Source of the DNA: Candidatus Heimdallarchaeota archaeon
GTDB lineage: Archaea; Asgardarchaeota; Heimdallarchaeia; JABLTI01
DNA length: 8,317 nt
Direction of reading: 5' to 3'
Assembly (NCBI GenBank): GCA_030614005.1
Contig: JAUWKS010000101.1
Span: forward strand, 1 to 8,317
Shown here: positions 6,378 through 8,317 of the stretch, in pieces
How positions within the stretch are numbered: the first letter of the stretch is position 1
Layout of the letters: the number at the start of each line of letters is the position of its first letter
Notes under the pieces: model-generated
Seen by the model: the letters and a program-made list of their open reading frames with translations, nothing else
What the model was told of the DNA's origin: nothing
The model's database searches: none
Position numbers and translations under genes: made by a program

Positions 6378-6505
6378 AACTCTTCTTTTTAAACTTCTAA
6401 ATAATTTTCAAATATTATTTGATAAGAAATGTTTGTAAATTTCCTGTTATGAGTATTCTATTAATATTACATAGAATTAATAAATTCAGAGTGTTTCTAA
6501 TGGTT

Positions 6506-6529
6506 AGAGATAAATTATCTCTTAAGAGA
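6506..6529. promoter_or_regulatory. Two overlapping perfect palindromes over the putative promoter of the 59-aa ORF
   Basis: AGAGATAA-A-TTATCTCT (6506-6522) and TCTCTTAAGAGA (6518-6529); the AT-rich centre lies ~25 nt upstream of ATG 6539. Confidence 0.45.
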
Positions 6530-6538
6530 AGTGATAAA

Positions 6539-6718
6539 ATGAGCTACATTGAGAAAGACGATCTAATCTCGCGCTTGAAGGATAGCAACAATCCTAAGAA
6601 AGAGATTGATATGGAAGCCGTAGATTTTGTTCTTTTAAAGTTAAATGAGCTAAGACACGAAATTAGCTTGAAATTCTATGAAAAAAAGATAAATGATTCC
6701 AAGAAAAGTGGATCATAA
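6539..6718 (+). CDS. Hypothetical small, probably helical protein (59 aa)
   Basis: MSYIEKDDLISRLKDSNNPKKEIDMEAVDFVLLKLNELRHEISLKFYEKKINDSKKSGS. ATG 6539 has GTGAT upstream. The track's extension to 6419 runs through AT-rich palindromic DNA and looks non-coding. Confidence 0.7.
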   Translation: MSYIEKDDLISRLKDSNNPKKEIDMEAVDFVLLKLNELRHEISLKFYEKKINDSKKSGS

Positions 6719-6743
6719 CGTATAGATATTGCCACTCTTTAAA

Positions 6744-6768
6744 TGATTGACAATCAAGACTTAAATAA
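6744..6768 (+). promoter_or_regulatory. Palindrome plus TATA-like box upstream of the M28 peptidase gene
   Basis: TGATTG-A-CAATCA (6744-6756), then TTAAATAA (6761-6768), ~15-20 nt before the TTG 6783 / GTG 6789 starts. Confidence 0.4.
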
Positions 6769-6782
6769 AACCATTTTACAAT

Positions 6783-8009
6783 TTGATTGTGATTTCATTA
6801 CTTGATGAAATAAAATACATATCTGACAACTTTGGCCCTCGAATTGCTGGTTCAGAATCTGATAAGAAAACAATTCAATACCTTGAAACGCGATTTCGTT
6901 CATTTTCAAAGGATGTAAGTACTGAATCTTTTCCAGTTGTTGGAAGGTCTCTTCAACATTTGATTAATTTTCTTGTGTGGGGATATTTTCTGTCTGTTGT
7001 TGCTTATGTGTTTCTTGCTCCCATAGCCTTAGGGTCGGCCATATTAATGATTTTGATTTACTATTTAGCAAGGTTTCAAGATAAGAATCTTATAAATCTC
7101 CTCGTGAAAAAATCAGAAACTAAAAATGTCATTGCTAAATTTGAACCAAAGAAAGAGAAAAAACTTACTATCATCTTTTCAGGTCATCATGATTCAGCAT
7201 TTCACATGCCACTATTTGAGAAAAAATTAAAGCAAATTGCTTTAATACAAAATGGTGCTTTACTCGGAATTATAATGTTAATCATAGCCAGTATCTGGAA
7301 AACAATCTATATGATAACAGATATAGTAGGAATTTTGGAAATAACCCAATACAATATTGGTTCATTGCAAATCACATGGTTGTTGTTGCCAGATCTGTTT
7401 TTCATATTAGCCTTTTTAGGGCTTTTTCTTGGTTTCTATTTTCTAGCAAATATGGTTACGAAGACACCATTGATTGGTGCAAATGATAATCTAACGTCAG
7501 TAGCAATATTACTTGGTTTGGGAGAATATCTAAAAAACAATCCTTCAAGTAATCTGGAGATATATCTTGTTTCTTTTGGTGCAGAGGAACCAGGCCTAAA
7601 TGGTAGCAAATATTTTGTCGATAAAAGGTTGGATGAACTAGTAGGTTCTATCAATATAAACTTCGAAACTGTAGGAAGTGGTTCATTGGGCATAATAGAA
7701 AAGGAAAAAGACAATAACGTTGTTCATGATTCAAAGATCGTGAAATTTATTCAAGATGTTGGTAAGAAAAATGGATATGACTTGCCTGCAATGAAAATTC
7801 ATTATGGGAACACTGATGCTGGAAGTTTCTCGAAAAGGAAATTAATCGCTACTACTATCTTTGGTTATGGAAAAAACGATGTTTTTGATCTTTGGCATTC
7901 GACCGATGATGTTTATGAAAACCTTAAAAGTAAAATTCTGGAAGATGCATTCGATCTTACTATTCATATTCTAAAAGAGTTAGAAAAAATTGAAGAAAAC
8001 TGGTTCTGA
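6783..8009 (+). CDS. M28 family metallopeptidase with inserted transmembrane segments
   Basis: GPRIAGSE, NVIAK, SGHHDS, GANDNLTSV, GAEEPGLNGS, NINFETVG, NTDAGSF, WHSTDD give the M28 co-catalytic Zn ligand set (His, Asp, Glu-Glu, Glu, His). Hydrophobic hairpins are inserted before NVIAK and between HHDS and GANDN. Start is TTG 6783 or GTG 6789. Confidence 0.93.
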   Translation: MIVISLLDEIKYISDNFGPRIAGSESDKKTIQYLETRFRSFSKDVSTESFPVVGRSLQHLINFLVWGYFLSVVAYVFLAPIALGSAILMILIYYLARFQDKNLINLLVKKSETKNVIAKFEPKKEKKLTIIFSGHHDSAFHMPLFEKKLKQIALIQNGALLGIIMLIIASIWKTIYMITDIVGILEITQYNIGSLQITWLLLPDLFFILAFLGLFLGFYFLANMVTKTPLIGANDNLTSVAILLGLGEYLKNNPSSNLEIYLVSFGAEEPGLNGSKYFVDKRLDELVGSININFETVGSGSLGIIEKEKDNNVVHDSKIVKFIQDVGKKNGYDLPAMKIHYGNTDAGSFSKRKLIATTIFGYGKNDVFDLWHSTDDVYENLKSKILEDAFDLTIHILKELEKIEENWF

Positions 8010-8011
8010 AC

Positions 8012-8317
8012 TTATTCAGTCCTTTTTTCAGCTTTCTTTGTTCTAACGATTTTTATTATTTTTTTGACTAAAGCTTTAATGCCTTCAACTAAAAAGAATA
8101 TACCATACAAATATGCAAAAAGAATAGCCAATTGGGTACCTAGCATACCACTTGAATACATGCTTTCGAATATCTCACCAAATCTAATTAAAGGTAGAAG
8201 AGCAATGTAACCAGGATTAATCTTATGTTCAATTGGGTAGGGAGAAGCAATACCATTAAACAAAATACCAGTTTGTCTTGCCAGTAACTGAGCAAAAATA
8301 GCTTCTTCTGTAAATTC
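8012..8317 (-). CDS. 3' end (101 aa) of a protein with a C-terminal TM anchor and basic tail; 5' end off the window
   Basis: The frame stays open upstream of the track's 8263 start to the edge (EFTEEAIFAQLLARQTGILFNG...). It ends with TM-like LAILFAYLYGIFFLVEGI and Lys/Arg-rich KALVKKIIKIVRTKKAEKRTE. Confidence 0.8.
   Translation of the reverse strand, partial: EFTEEAIFAQLLARQTGILFNGIASPYPIEHKINPGYIALLPLIRFGEIFESMYSSGMLGTQLAILFAYLYGIFFLVEGIKALVKKIIKIVRTKKAEKRTE

Noticed and set aside
6419-6538. N-terminal 40-codon extension of the 99-aa track ORF
   Set aside because: TTG start in AT-rich palindromic DNA; ATG 6539 has an RBS-like GTGAT and a TATA-like element at the expected distance.
5950-6540. 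CRISPR array, MITE/IS, tRNA or cobalamin riboswitch in the long intergenic stretch
   Set aside because: No regularly spaced repeats, no terminal inverted repeats with target duplication, no transposase, no cloverleaf and no B12-box (GCCACUG) context.
7436-7714. 92-aa minus-strand ORF
   Set aside because: Antisense shadow of the M28 catalytic domain.
8007-8009. Selenocysteine or stop-codon readthrough at the M28 TGA
   Set aside because: The protein is complete at the normal M28 C-terminus, the convergent gene ends 2 nt away, and no SECIS-like element was seen.

Overview
AT-rich, gene-dense, apparently archaeal chromosomal window. BRE/TATA-like promoters, GAGG/GTGA ribosome-binding motifs, an F420-type PPOX gene and a sequon-bearing membrane protein with a zinc ribbon support this; an Asgard/Heimdallarchaeia-like origin is my inference only. 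Gene order: partial membrane protein (-, off the left edge, not in the ORF track); full-length eutA (+) with no eutBC in the window; gamma-glutamyltransferase-family Ntn hydrolase (-); signal peptide/beta-sandwich/TM/zinc-ribbon protein (-); ICMT/PEMT-family membrane methyltransferase (+); PPOX-class F420-dependent oxidoreductase (-); a ~600 bp 'intergenic' stretch; a 59-aa ORF; a membrane-embedded M28 peptidase (+); and the 3' end of a C-terminally anchored membrane protein (-). Two leads stand out. (1) 6016-6390 looks like an unannotated transcription unit: operator-like palindrome, TATA box, long hairpin, mutually exclusive/pseudoknot pairings covering a putative RBS, a 40-aa ORF and a U-tract. 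(2) The orphan EutA reactivase has no B12 enzyme partner in view. No rRNA, tRNA, CRISPR array or mobile element was seen.
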